Shown: piece after piece, positions 35,061-45,780 of the stretch
Layout of the letters: each line of letters begins with the position of its first letter
Numbering within the stretch: the stretch's first letter is position 1
Source of the DNA: Rhina ancylostomus
Lineage: Eukaryota
Direction of reading: 5' to 3'
Length of the DNA: 64,000 bases
Assembly (NCBI GenBank): GCA_030265395.1
Contig: JARFYF010000071.1
Location: 9,949,144 to 10,013,143 of the forward strand
The notes under the pieces: model-generated
The model's database searches: none
What the model was told of the DNA's origin: nothing
What the model saw: only the letters and a program-made list of their open reading frames with translations
Made by a program: the position numbers and the translations under genes

Positions 35061-36879
35061 TTCCCTCTTGCAGCAGCGATCAGTTGTACAAAACGTTCCA
35101 ACTGCCTCACGCTCTGTTTCAAGGAACTCTTGTACACCAGGTGGAAAATCTGTTAAACCAATTAAAGTTCTCATCAGTCAGATTATCCACAAGCCACTGA
35201 AAAACAAATAATGTGTGAAACGTTTTTGTTTCCACACTGGGACGTTGAGTAATATAGCGAACCCTTCGAGGGACATTACAAACAATTTATTTGAATGGTG
35301 TTTGGAAAGAATATAATGGAGGGAGTTACACGTTCTTTTCCGTGTCACGAAGTTTCAACCGTTTCAACAAAGTTGTTTTGCCCATGGTTCTTTCTTTTAT
35401 GTACCAAACACAATCCGCTTCAATTACCGATAAGCTATAACACAGATCGTATCACATGTACCAGCAGGATGAAATGAGTTTAATGTCGCAGGTGAAATGA
35501 GGGATAAGCCTTCGTGTGAAGATATCGTTCAGCCACCCTCTTGTCTTCCAGTTGGGTTTCATGCTGGAAGCGACAACCACGGGTGGTTGAGAGAATAAAT
35601 AACAGATATGCATTTCATTCCCGCATGTCGCATTACATCAAGAAGTGCAAACTGATGTGAGAACCGCTTGTGATTCTCCCCACAGATATTCAGTTGTCAG
35701 GCATCTGGGTGAAATGTGAACACAGTCTGAGAAGAGAACGTTTCTGTTTTTGGGAAGAGTCAATTTGGCCAACTCACTTTGCATTCAAGCACGTTGATGT
35801 GGTCCTTACTCAAATAAAGAAAACTGAAGTACATCATTTACTTTGAGAATTATTTCATAGGTTCGTATTCTATCAATAATTCTGACACGTCATGTCCTGT
35901 CGGAGCACAAATTTCCAGTAATAAGGGCTATTTTCTCTCGTGTCCTGATGCCGATATGCTTCCACCCACACACGACCTCGGACCACAGAAAAAAAGTATT
36001 TTTTTCATCTTTTGTTTATTTGTTTAACATTTTGCATGACCATATGGTGTGTCCGAACAAAATATTCAAAATATTGTCAATCACAGGCAGGTGAGACGTA
36101 AGCATTTTTGATAATGAATGTTGCTCGCACTGCACACCTCGTCGACACTTCCCAATGAAACTAACTCGCTAAATCACGATGTGACTGTCCCTCAGATACG
36201 ACCTCTCGTCACCGAGTCTCCGACGTGCGACAGCTCGGCCTCGTTGTCTAAATATTTCCCTCTCAGCTACAATTAATTGCTCAACCACGATGTATTTTGT
36301 ATTTATGTTATCTTAAAATGCATTTCAAAGCTGTGTTTATCAACTTCCTTTTACACTTCTGTGAGCGCGTAAGACAGCGTTTCCCACACCCAGTGGGTAA
36401 TTGGCCTGGTCCTGAATTCAGTCCTCAACATTGACATCAGTTTTCACCTGTCATACTTTACAGATTAGGCCAGGTTACGTAATACTGGAGAATAATGGAA
36501 TGGAGAAATTCAACCAAATAAGTTAAACACGCTGGGGATAGTGACTCGACCCTAACCCTAACCCCCATTTCTCTCACATGCTTCAAATAGCCAACAATTG
36601 CAAAACTGGGGCATCAAATAAATGTAAAATAAAGTAAGGACGATCGGGGATAAACCTTCCTGGCAGGCGATAGTTTGTCGCATTTTGCTTTTCAGGAGGA
36701 ATTAGTGTTGGAAGCAACAACTTCGGCCGTATGGTATGTTAAATGACAAATGTTTACCAACGCTTCAGGATACCAGGAAATCCAGAATAATATAGTATCT
36801 GCCTGCGATTCCGAGCACAGACAACCTGCTGTCTGGAAACCAGCTGCAGTTTGTACACAGCCAGAGAACAGCGCTGGAT

Positions 36880-37700
36880 GACATGAAAAGGATAATGCGA
36901 CCACTTCAATGCAGGCAAATAAGAAGTGTTGCATTTTGGAAAATCAAACCATGGTAAGACTTATAGCCGGGCTTTCCGGAGTGTTGTGGAACACATCCAC
37001 CTCGGAGTACAAGTAGATAGGTTACGGAAAGCGGCGTCACATGAAGGCAGGGAGATGAAGAAGGCAGTTAGAACACTGGCCTTCCTCAGGCCGGGCATTC
37101 GGTATTGGAATTGGGACGTTATGTTGCAGATCTACAAAACGTTGATGAAACCACACATGGAGTATTGCGTACAAATTTGGTCGCCCTGATATGGGAAATA
37201 CATAATTAAACTGGAATGAGTTCAGAGAAGATTTAGCAGGATACTTCCAGGATTCCAGGGCCTGAGTTAGAATGAGTGGTTGGCAGACCTGGAGGTTATT
37301 CTTTGGATTGTCTGAGTTTGAGGAATTACCTCACAGATTTGTATAAAATCCTGTGGGATATAGTTGGGCTGAATGGACATACCCTTTTCCCCAAGGGAAG
37401 GGAAGTAAAGATGTGAGGGCATAGGTTTACGGTGAGAGATGAAAGGTTTAGAAGATAAATGAGGGATCACTTTTTCACCCAAACGGTGGTGGGTGTATGG
37501 AATGAGGTGCCAAAGGAAGTGAATGAGGCAGTTACAATGACTCATTTAAAATACATTTGAACAACTACAATGATAAGGAAGGTTACGAGGGATATAAATC
37601 AAACGCGGGAAAATAGTACTGGATTGGTGGGCATCATGATCCGCATGGACGAGTTGGGCCGAAGGGCCTGTTTGCATGCTATAGTAATCTAATACTCTAA
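36880..37700 (+). mobile_element. CR1 LINE 3' fragment
   Basis: MLHFGKSN...DVMLQIYKTLMKPHMEYCVQIWSP; tail GGGCCGAAGGGCCTGTTT. Confidence 0.8.
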
Positions 37701-38571
37701 GCATTGGAACTTGCTCCTTAACAGGACTGTACAATTCCTTTCGCATCCATGATTGGTGATGCATTCTTTAGCTTCTATTTTGAAATCATTTATTTATCTT
37801 CATTACCCTTAGCAGAATTTTATTTTGAAGTCTTGTCAATAACTGACACACAAAATGTAAATATGAAATGACGATGGATCTTGCCTGTACTGATTATTTA
37901 GGGAATTTTCTCCTTGTGATGATCCCACAAGGTCGATCTCTTGTCACTTCTCTTCTGACGTGACATATTGGAACCATTTCTCTCTCAGTTTAAAATTTAT
38001 TCCTGATCCAAAGTGCATTGTGCATTTGTATTGTATTGGCATGACTTTTCTCTCTTTTTGTCCTAACATAGTTTATTTCATCGTTTTCATTCATTTGCTT
38101 CCGTTGCAACTCCGCCAAGCAGATCAACTGCATATGACAGAAGCAATCACTGCCCACCGTCCACGGGCACCATTACCGCTGATGTCATCCCATTCCCACT
38201 TCACTCATTCCGTTTGTTTCCTCCCCTCACCGAGACACCAGCCGCCATATTCTCCAACATGAGTTTTTCTTTTCGATATCCACAGTTGTGATGAAAGCCA
38301 ATAGCACGAAAATGTAACTTTGTTTCGCTTTGCAGTGTAGCCAACTGGACTGTTGTTATTTTCAGTTCATGTCAATTTCAGCATTTTGTTTGTTCACCGC
38401 TACGCTTTTGTCGAGAGCATTCGAGAAATGTTTGGATGTATGCAATAAACTTTCCTTGCAGACCTGAACTAACTTTATGTCACGGCGGTAAATAATCAGT
38501 GATCGGTATCATCATTTGCCATAAACATTTTATGTATTACAGACTAGGACTATTAGTGAGTGTCCCTTTTA

Positions 38572-38574
<3 letters not shown>

Positions 38575-38618
<44 letters not shown>
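38575..38618. repeat. (TG)n microsatellite running into a gap
   Basis: Pure TG repeat followed by Ns. Confidence 0.95.
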
Positions 38619-39157
38619 NNNNNNNNNNNNNNNNNNNNNNNNNNNNNNNNNNNNNNNNNNNNNNNNNNNNNNNNNNNNNNNNNNNNNNNNNNNNNNNNNN
38701 NNNNNNNNNNNNNNNNNNTCACACTAACTCACTTGATCACACACTGTCAGGGGCCTTCCCTTTGTTGGTCCTACCCCTCTCCCACTTCCTCTGCTACCAG
38801 AAAACAGGACAATTGTTTTCTGTCCTTCCCAGCTCTGATGGTGCCATCCACCTGAAATCTCAATGTTTCCTTTCCACGGACGCTGCCTGACCTGTTGTGT
38901 GTTTTCTGCATTTTCTGTTTTAATATAAGAGCACGGCTTATACAGCGAAGAATTCTTTATGCTTGGTTATAAGCTGTTATAAGCTGTTCACAACGAGCAC
39001 TATGTTTTCTCCTGAACTAAACATCTACAAAACTCGTAAATTTATTGAATAAAAATGAACTGTCAATTTAAATGAGGGGAGTTTTATTTGCGTATGGTAT
39101 GGTAGGTTCATGTCATAAAATTCACTGATGGAGAATCGTTGATACCAACAAGGGAAG

Positions 39158-39229
39158 CAGCAGAGGATGGTTTCGAACCATCGACCTCTGGTTTATGAGC
39201 CCAGTACCCCTCCGCTGCGCTCCTCTGCT
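39158..39229 (-). pseudogene. tRNA-iMet(CAT) pseudogene
   Basis: The reverse complement AGCAGAGGAGCGCAGCGGAGGGGTACTGGGCTCATAAACCAGAGGTCGATGGTTCGAAACCATCCTCTGCTG matches vertebrate initiator tRNA, with several substitutions in the D arm and anticodon stem. Confidence 0.8.
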
Positions 39230-39770
39230 GCTGAGAGAAAACGCGATCGCTGTGCTGTGAGTGATGTGCATTCTATACTATTTTTGACGATTATTTTTTT
39301 CCCCGAGTTTGCACCATCCCGTTGCTCTCTTCTTTATCTTTCTTTGGTTCTCGTGCCGCTTATATACTTAAAATCAAGAGCAAATCCAAATTCATTCTAT
39401 TTTAAGATCATCTGGGTTGCTTTAAAATATCGCGATCGTGGCTCACAAAGTAAATATTTCACCAGAAGTGATTTTATGTCATTCTCAAATAGAAGCAGGA
39501 AGCGGTGGAAATATCGATTCAGGATGAGAGATTTAAAGTAAATATTTCATTCCGGTGATCTTTCGTCATATCGGGGCAGGCGGAGACTCAATGACCAAGT
39601 ACCACTAAACAAGGATAATTAACATTTCTCAGTTCTGGCAGTCGGGAATGCTTGAAACCTTCGGAATAATTCAAAGCTGTTGTTGTTTCTTTAATTGTGA
39701 ACGGGAAGTGGAACATTGGGCTACCTTGTTCGGGAAATAACAAAGAGAGCTCCCAGTGATCTCCATGAAT

Positions 39771-40005
39771 GAGCGACCTGATTCCTTGGGGGCACTGAGG
39801 GGTTTGGCCCTGCGTCCCAGCGACCTGCCGGCAGAGGGCAGTGAGGGTCTGAATTTTGTGCAATAGCGACATGCCATCAGAGAAACAGAGATGAGTGGCC
39901 CTGTTTAACAACGACCTGTCGCCAAGGGCCTGAGGGGCCGGGCACTTTTTTACAACGACCTGTAGCCAGAGGGCACTGAGGCGCTGGGCCCTGCGTTCCA
40001 GCCGC
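39771..40005 (+). repeat. Tandem array of five 44-47 bp units with CTCF-like cores
   Basis: CGAC(C/A)TG occurs at 39774, 39821, 39867, 39912 and 39956, each followed by a variant of NNNCAGAGGGCACTGAGG...GGCCCTG. Confidence 0.8.
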
Positions 40006-40249
40006 ATAACAATTCATGAGTGATGTTGGTGCTTTGTGAAAGCATGCATTGAATCCATGTTCCATAATTTATGTGTTGATTTGATCACAAAGTGAATGTA
40101 AGGAAAGAAACGTGCTGCTTCTGTTGTGTTTCAGTACACGTGTTTTGTTGTTCGTGAATGAACTGTATATGTTTTGTTCTAAATTCAAAACAACAGGAAG
40201 CGCACCAAGCGGACAGCGATAGGCACAGCAAAAGCAGCCGGATCGCCGG

Positions 40250-40323
40250 CATCCCCGGGTGGGCTAGAACTGCCAACCTTCCAGTTAACAGCCGAAAACG
40301 CTGAACGATTGTGCCACAGAGCC
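40250..40323 (-). pseudogene. tRNA-Asn(GTT) pseudogene
   Basis: Reverse complement GGCTCTGTGGCACAATCGTTCAGCGTTTTCGGCTGTTAACTGGAAGGTTGGCAGTTCTAGCCCACCCGGGGATG. B-box and stems are mutated; TTTT lies downstream. Confidence 0.8.
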
Positions 40324-40471
40324 AACGTTAGGGAAACAGCAATAAATGGGCCACTTACGGGTCGGGAGTGTGTGACCAGTGATCGGTGCTGGAAACCGGC
40401 TTTTTATAATCTGCATCAATTATTTAGATCAGGGGGTCAAGGACAATATAAAACAGAAAATTCTGGAAACA

Positions 40472-40553
40472 CGTTGTCGGCAGGATTCGAACCTGCGCGG
40501 TGAAAACCCAATGGATTTCTAGTCCATCACCTTAACCAGTCGACTATGACTAC
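40472..40553 (-). tRNA. tRNA-Ser(AGA), divergent, probably a pseudogene
   Basis: 82 nt: GTAGTCATAGTCGACTGGTTAAGGTGATGGACTAGAAATCCATTGGGTTTTCACCGCGCAGGTTCGAATCCTGCCGACAACG. Anticodon and T arms are intact; acceptor stem and A-box are mutated. Confidence 0.75.
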
Positions 40554-40809
40554 CTCGATCCCCACAGCAGGGCAGAGAGAAGGACATTTTCATGGGATGT
40601 GATCAGTGTGGCCCGGTACGGACGGGCGGATCGATACCGAAATCAGGCACAGATCCTGAACTAAGAGAAAACAACTGCTGGAAATACTCAGTAGGTCAGG
40701 CAGTCTCTATGGAGCAAGAAACAGTGTTAACGTTTCAGGTCGGTGACCTTTAACCCTGAACTCCGACCGGGCAGTTGCGGAGCGAGTCTCTCTCAGAGCG
40801 GGACAGGGT

Positions 40810-40883
40810 TTCCTCATCCCGTCATCGATAAGAGAGTTCAGTTATCAACCGAATGATTGGTGGTTCGAGCCCAACCAGGTTCT
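40810..40883 (+). pseudogene. Very degenerate tRNA-Asn remnant
   Basis: The 3' half AACCGAATGATTGGTGGTTCGAGCCCAACCAGG matches tRNA-Asn; the 5' half and anticodon are eroded. Confidence 0.55.
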
Positions 40884-41719
40884 TGGCTGCTTCAGAGGGC
40901 AGTCACCAGTCAACCACATCAGTGTGGGTTGGAGTCACATACAGTCCAGAGCGGGTGAAGCTGGTGGGTTTTCGTCCCCCAGCACCCGGTAGTCAGCAGG
41001 CAGGAGAGACACAGAGTAAGAAACGTTCTGGTCGGTACATCAGAGGTCAGACTTGACTGTACCTGGATTTGGCAGAAGAGGTTCACCGGGATGTCGCCTG
41101 GGCCGTGGCGTTCTCATTAAATGAGACTGGATGTGCTGCCATTGTTTTCCTTCCTTGGTTGAAGTATGAAGAGAACTTGTTTTCGGTACAATAATTTGTC
41201 GGGTCATAAAGAGGTTGATAATAGGAAAAGTTTCCACACAGCAGCGGGACCCATATTAGAGGGCACAAGTTTAGTCCTGGGAAGTAGGCGATGCAGGTGG
41301 AGAGTCTACGCAAGGTCCGTAGACACACAATAAAGGGGTGGACCTGTAGAATTGTGGAGAGGCAGAAGGACCCTGGAGAATATGAGGACAGGTGCCTGAA
41401 GATATGAGGATGGCAGGGAGCTGTGCTGGAACTGTATAAAGACAAGTTTGGCCAAGCTGATGCTGTGTACAACGCTGGTGACCACACCACAGGCACACAC
41501 AGACACACCGACATCCGAATTAGGAGCAGGAGTCCCCAATCATCCGTGCAAGCGCACTCCTCCATTCAGTCAGATTAATCATGAGTTCATTCGAACCCTA
41601 ACTCCACATTCCCACGTACCGCGGTAACCTGTCTCTTCCTTCCGCAGGAAGTATCTGTCCATCTCTGCCTGAAATATGTTCAAATCTCGGTTCCCAACTC
41701 CCTTCGAGAAAGCGTGTCT

Positions 41720-42970
41720 GTATGTCGGTATCTCTATTCGACTGTCAAGCTGTTGATCTGAGTATCTGTCGTCCGTCCGTCTGTCTGCCTCTTTCCGTCT
41801 CCTCCGCTCTCTCTCTTCGACTGTCCTTTATCTTCGCTTTCTCCCTCTCGATCCCCGTCTGTCAACGTTCTGTAGCTCTCCCGGTTTCCCTCCCTGTATC
41901 CTGATTCTGAGACACGTTTTCTCCATACTCTTCATTCAAAGACATCTCTAGTATTTGCAACGTGCAGTTGCAATCCTTGAATTAACTTGCATGAACATAA
42001 TTAAACTGTTGTGTAAATGTCGATAAACAACTACTAAATCTCCCTGCAGGTTCTTCTGTTTCAGAGAAAAAATTAATATATCCCACTATTTCAATACTTT
42101 CCCGCAGCTGGAGTGTCCTAGAGCTGAGATATCCCCATGAATCTCTTCCTCCGTCACTACAATCTCAGCTGCTCTGTATTAGGACCATAGTTAGAGTCGT
42201 CGAGCACAGAAACAGGCCCTTTAGCACACTGGCTCCACACTTCAATCGCACATTTGCACCCATCCACATTGTTTTTCTCACCTTCCTAGAAATCCCATCC
42301 CCACATTCTGCCACTCAACGAAGCACAATGAGTATTCTACGGTGCCAGTTGCCTTCCCGACCACAGGTCCTCTTCTACCTTGGAAATAATCTCAAGTGAT
42401 TCTGGTTGCTGCTGAAAGTCAACGGATTATCTGCAGCGGACAGGCAAACGATGGGCCGAATTCCCTCTTTGCTGAGTTGTAAAACAAAAGCAGAACATGT
42501 TCGAAATACCGAGCAGGCCAGGCTGCATCTAGCGGAAGAGAAAGGCAGCGACCGTTTCAGATCAAACTCCCCTCGTCAGAACTGAAAAGGGGACAAAAGA
42601 TGCAGAGGGTGGATTTGACCTGAAGTATTAACTCCATTTCCCTTCCCACGGACGCGGTCTAGTCTGCTCAGTATGTCCATATTTCTGTTTATTTTATATA
42701 TCCACCATATGTATTCTTTTCACTCACTTCCAGAAAAATAAACTCGACCATTTTCCCTGGACCCGAAACTTGTGGGCCGGAGTGCGAAAGGAGCAATTCG
42801 ATCACCTCTCATTCACTGAATGCCGGAGTGTCGGCCGACTCTGCTGATGGCGCTCAGCACAGGACAGACCCGGTGAAACGTTGATGCACTCCCTCGGTCA
42901 CAGGTGTATCCTTCATCAGGTAGGGGCCCAGATCTGCACACAGGAGTCCGTGAGTCTTTCGGATCTCCCT
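41720..42970 (+). repeat. Second copy of the ~1.2 kb duplicated block (see 6830-8070)
   Basis: Collinear similarity throughout, including the CT-rich start and the inverted Penelope-like repeat pair. Confidence 0.85.
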
Positions 42971-43679
42971 GCCTGGAAGGGTCGTAGAAGCAGAAATTTG
43001 AATGCTTCTGAAGGCCATCATGGATAAATGTTCAATAATCTAGGGGTGGAATGACACCTGGAGAGGCGGGAATGTGGAGTTCAGTATCTAATCAGATTAA
43101 CCATGACCTTCCTGTTTGACGGAGGAGACGTGAGTGGCCGAGTGGTCTTATCCTGCTCCTGATTCGTATGACCGTATATTCTCGGTGCCGTCTCACGACG
43201 GTCCTGTTATAATTCCAGCGAGACGTGCTTGATCCGAGGTCCAAACCTTCTACATAAAGATCAACATACTGTTTCCCTTCCCACTTGCTCACCGACCTTG
43301 CATGTTAATGTTCAGGGTTTTGTGTGCAGGGACACCTGGATTCCTCAGAACACCAACACCATTCAATCACTCACCATTAAATAGGATCCCTTTTCTCAGG
43401 AGCATTCCACCATTTGCCACATTATATCCCACCCGCTGTGTCTCCACCCACTCCCTTCGCCTATCAGTAACCCCCTGAATCCTCTCCGCATCCTCTTCAC
43501 AACCCGCACTGACACCCAGTTGTGTGTCAGCAGCAAACCTGGGTACATTGTCCGTGAAAGTCAAGCAAACCGCAAATTCTGTAAATAGGAAGCAAGAACA
43601 GAAACCCGCTGAGGATTTCCACATTTTTTCTGTGTTAAATTGTCCGTGACTCCCTGATTTAAACCATTGACGTCGTCAG

Positions 43680-43976
43680 GGAAGTGTTGCGGTTAGCATT
43701 AAGCTATTACAGCGACAGCGACCCTGGATCAATTCATGTCTTTTTCTGTAAGTAGCTTGTACGTTCTCCCCGTGTGTCAGCGAGGGTTTCATCCTGGTGC
43801 TCCGGTTTCCTCCCACATTCCAAAGACCTACATGTCAGCAGCTGTGAGCTATGTTGGCCCTGTAAGAGTGGCGATAGTTGCGGGCTGCCCCCTGCACATT
43901 CCCAGTAACGCAAAAAGACTCATTTCACGGCGTGTTTCGATGCACATGTGAATAATAAATAAATATCTTATCTTAT
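43680..43976 (+). mobile_element. tRNA-derived V-SINE (HE1-like)
   Basis: V-domain TTGTACGTTCTCCCCGTG...GGTGCTCCGGTTTCCTCCCACATTCCAAAGAC with an A-rich/TCTTA tail. Confidence 0.8.
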
Positions 43977-44060
43977 ATTTTGAAAAGCCGGGTCCCAGCA
44001 CCGGTCCCTGGTCACTTCCTCTCATTCCGGGAATCCCCATTTTTCCGCTTCCTTCAAGGT

Positions 44061-44134
44061 GTCTCTGTGGCGCAATCGGTCAGTGCGTTCGGCTGTGAAC
44101 CGACAGATTGGCGGTTCGAGCCCACACAGGGACG
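44061..44134 (+). tRNA. tRNA-Asn body carrying a GTG (His) anticodon; possible pseudogene
   Basis: GTCTCTGTGGCGCAATCGGTCAGTGCGTTCGG-CTGTGAA-CCGACAGATTGGCGGTTCGAGCCCACACAGGGACG. Acceptor stem and A/B boxes are intact; there are two T-stem mismatches and one anticodon-stem mismatch. Confidence 0.75.
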
Positions 44135-45100
44135 CTGGCGATCTGGCAGCTGTTGCTGTGCATGTCATTGTCATCTGGGTAACACTGCGCTGTCCGGAGG
44201 CGACGCTTCTTGCTGCTGACTTCACTGGGCTCAGCGGGAGCCCTTCCTGCGGATATTCACTTCCGGACCCCCAATGTTCTGGTTCCCTTTTACCCGAATG
44301 TACGACTTCCATGAAGTAATATCCCTGGATCTAATCCGATTGAGTTTTGATTTTCTGGACTTGCCGGGTCTAACGTTGCAGGTTCATTTGCCAGTGGACC
44401 TGTCATTATTGACTGTGAGCCTGGCTCAATCCGATGGCAGGTAAGTAATTGAAACGTCAACTGGAAATTTCACCCGGCCGACGCTGCCCGAACTGCTGAG
44501 TTTTTTCCGCCGTTCGCTGTTCTTTTTTTATTTGAGACTGCGTTATGTTTTGTGTAAATATTTGCTTCATCCTCCGCAGTCCCAACGATTCTTAAACTAA
44601 CACAAATAACCTTAAATCTTAAACTCGAGCCAGGACTTGCCGTTGCCTTAAAATATACAGATCAGTGATGTGTGCGCCACGGGACAGCACTGTCCATCTA
44701 GACACCCGCGCTCTCTCTCGCCAACCACTGAATGTATCTGCGAAGGGTCAGAAATATTTCCAGTTACAGATGCAGAAATCATTGAGGGGCCACATCTTTG
44801 AACTAAACGGCTTGCCGGGTCTAATTGGAAAATACTGCCAATTCCATTTCCTTTTGGGATCTTTGATCGTTCAGATTGAGTTTAAATGATTTCTGCCCAC
44901 AACGGTTATGACGGGGTTTGGGGAGAGCGCAGAACAGGGGATTAAACTTGGATGATTAAAGATGACCGCATTGAATGCTGAAGTAGTGTCCATGGGCCGA
45001 AAGTATTACGCCAGCTCCTACTCTCCTTGTTTCATTGTCTGTGTTCTGTGTTCAGTGGTAGAGAGACGGGAGACAACTTCTGAAGCTACTCACTTGAGCC

Positions 45101-45172
45101 GAGGAAGTAGCTCAATGGGAGAGCGCATGCTTCGAATGTATGAGGTCCCGGGTAAAATACCCAGTGTCTCCA
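45101..45172 (+). pseudogene. tRNA-Ala(CGC)-derived pseudogene with anticodon CGA
   Basis: GAGGAAGTAGCTCAATGGGAGAGCGCATGC-TTCGAAT-GTATGAGGTCCCGGGTAAAATACCCAGTGTCTCCA; the T-loop/B-box is destroyed. Confidence 0.75.
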
Positions 45173-45708
45173 TGCTGATGACTCCATGCTGAATTTTAAA
45201 CTGTGAGAGGATATTTCCGTGGAAGTCAGAACCTGACAGTGAAATCCCGAGCCGCTGAGAGCGGAGAGGAATAAATCACCTCCAATATTGCACACATACA
45301 TAATACCTCAGTATCACACCGCCTTCACGAAGTTCTGCCACCGGTCGGTGTTTAGCGACAGTCGACTGCATGGAAGACGTTCACATGGCCTTGGAACGTC
45401 ACGGATACCACAAACAACAGCATTGCAGAAAGCGGGTCAAATAAATAACGAAACACTCATTGCTGATATCGGTATCCGTCTCGGTCCGAGGAAAGAGCGC
45501 ACAAAGATAATAACCGGCTGTGACAGGAAATAAGAACCATGAAGTGGAGAAAGAGAAATGTGTAACAGAGAAAGAAATGAGTAAGTCAAGAAAAAAAGAG
45601 AAGTCAGCAAAGTAAAGCAAGAGAAGTCAGCAAGTGAAAGGGAGAAAATGACAAAGAAAAAAGAACGAGGGGGATGAGCAACACCCACAGCAGAGCAACA
45701 TTTCCCAC

Positions 45709-45780
45709 AGCAGAGTGGCGCAGCGGAAGCGTGCTGGGCCCATAACCCAGAGGTCGAAGGATCGAAACCATCCTCAGCTA
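45709..45780 (+). tRNA. tRNA-iMet(CAT), near-canonical
   Basis: 72 nt, differing from the recalled vertebrate initiator tRNA at two positions (T-stem GAAGG, acceptor CTCAGCT), each giving an A:A mismatch. Confidence 0.85.

Noticed and set aside
36550-36566. Telomere-like CCCTAA repeats here and at ~6498-6512
   Set aside because: Only two to three units, too short to call interstitial telomeric sequence.
39771-40005. Repeat-spacer pattern resembling a CRISPR array
   Set aside because: The context is a vertebrate genome with no cas genes, the repeats are degenerate and the spacers are homologous to each other.
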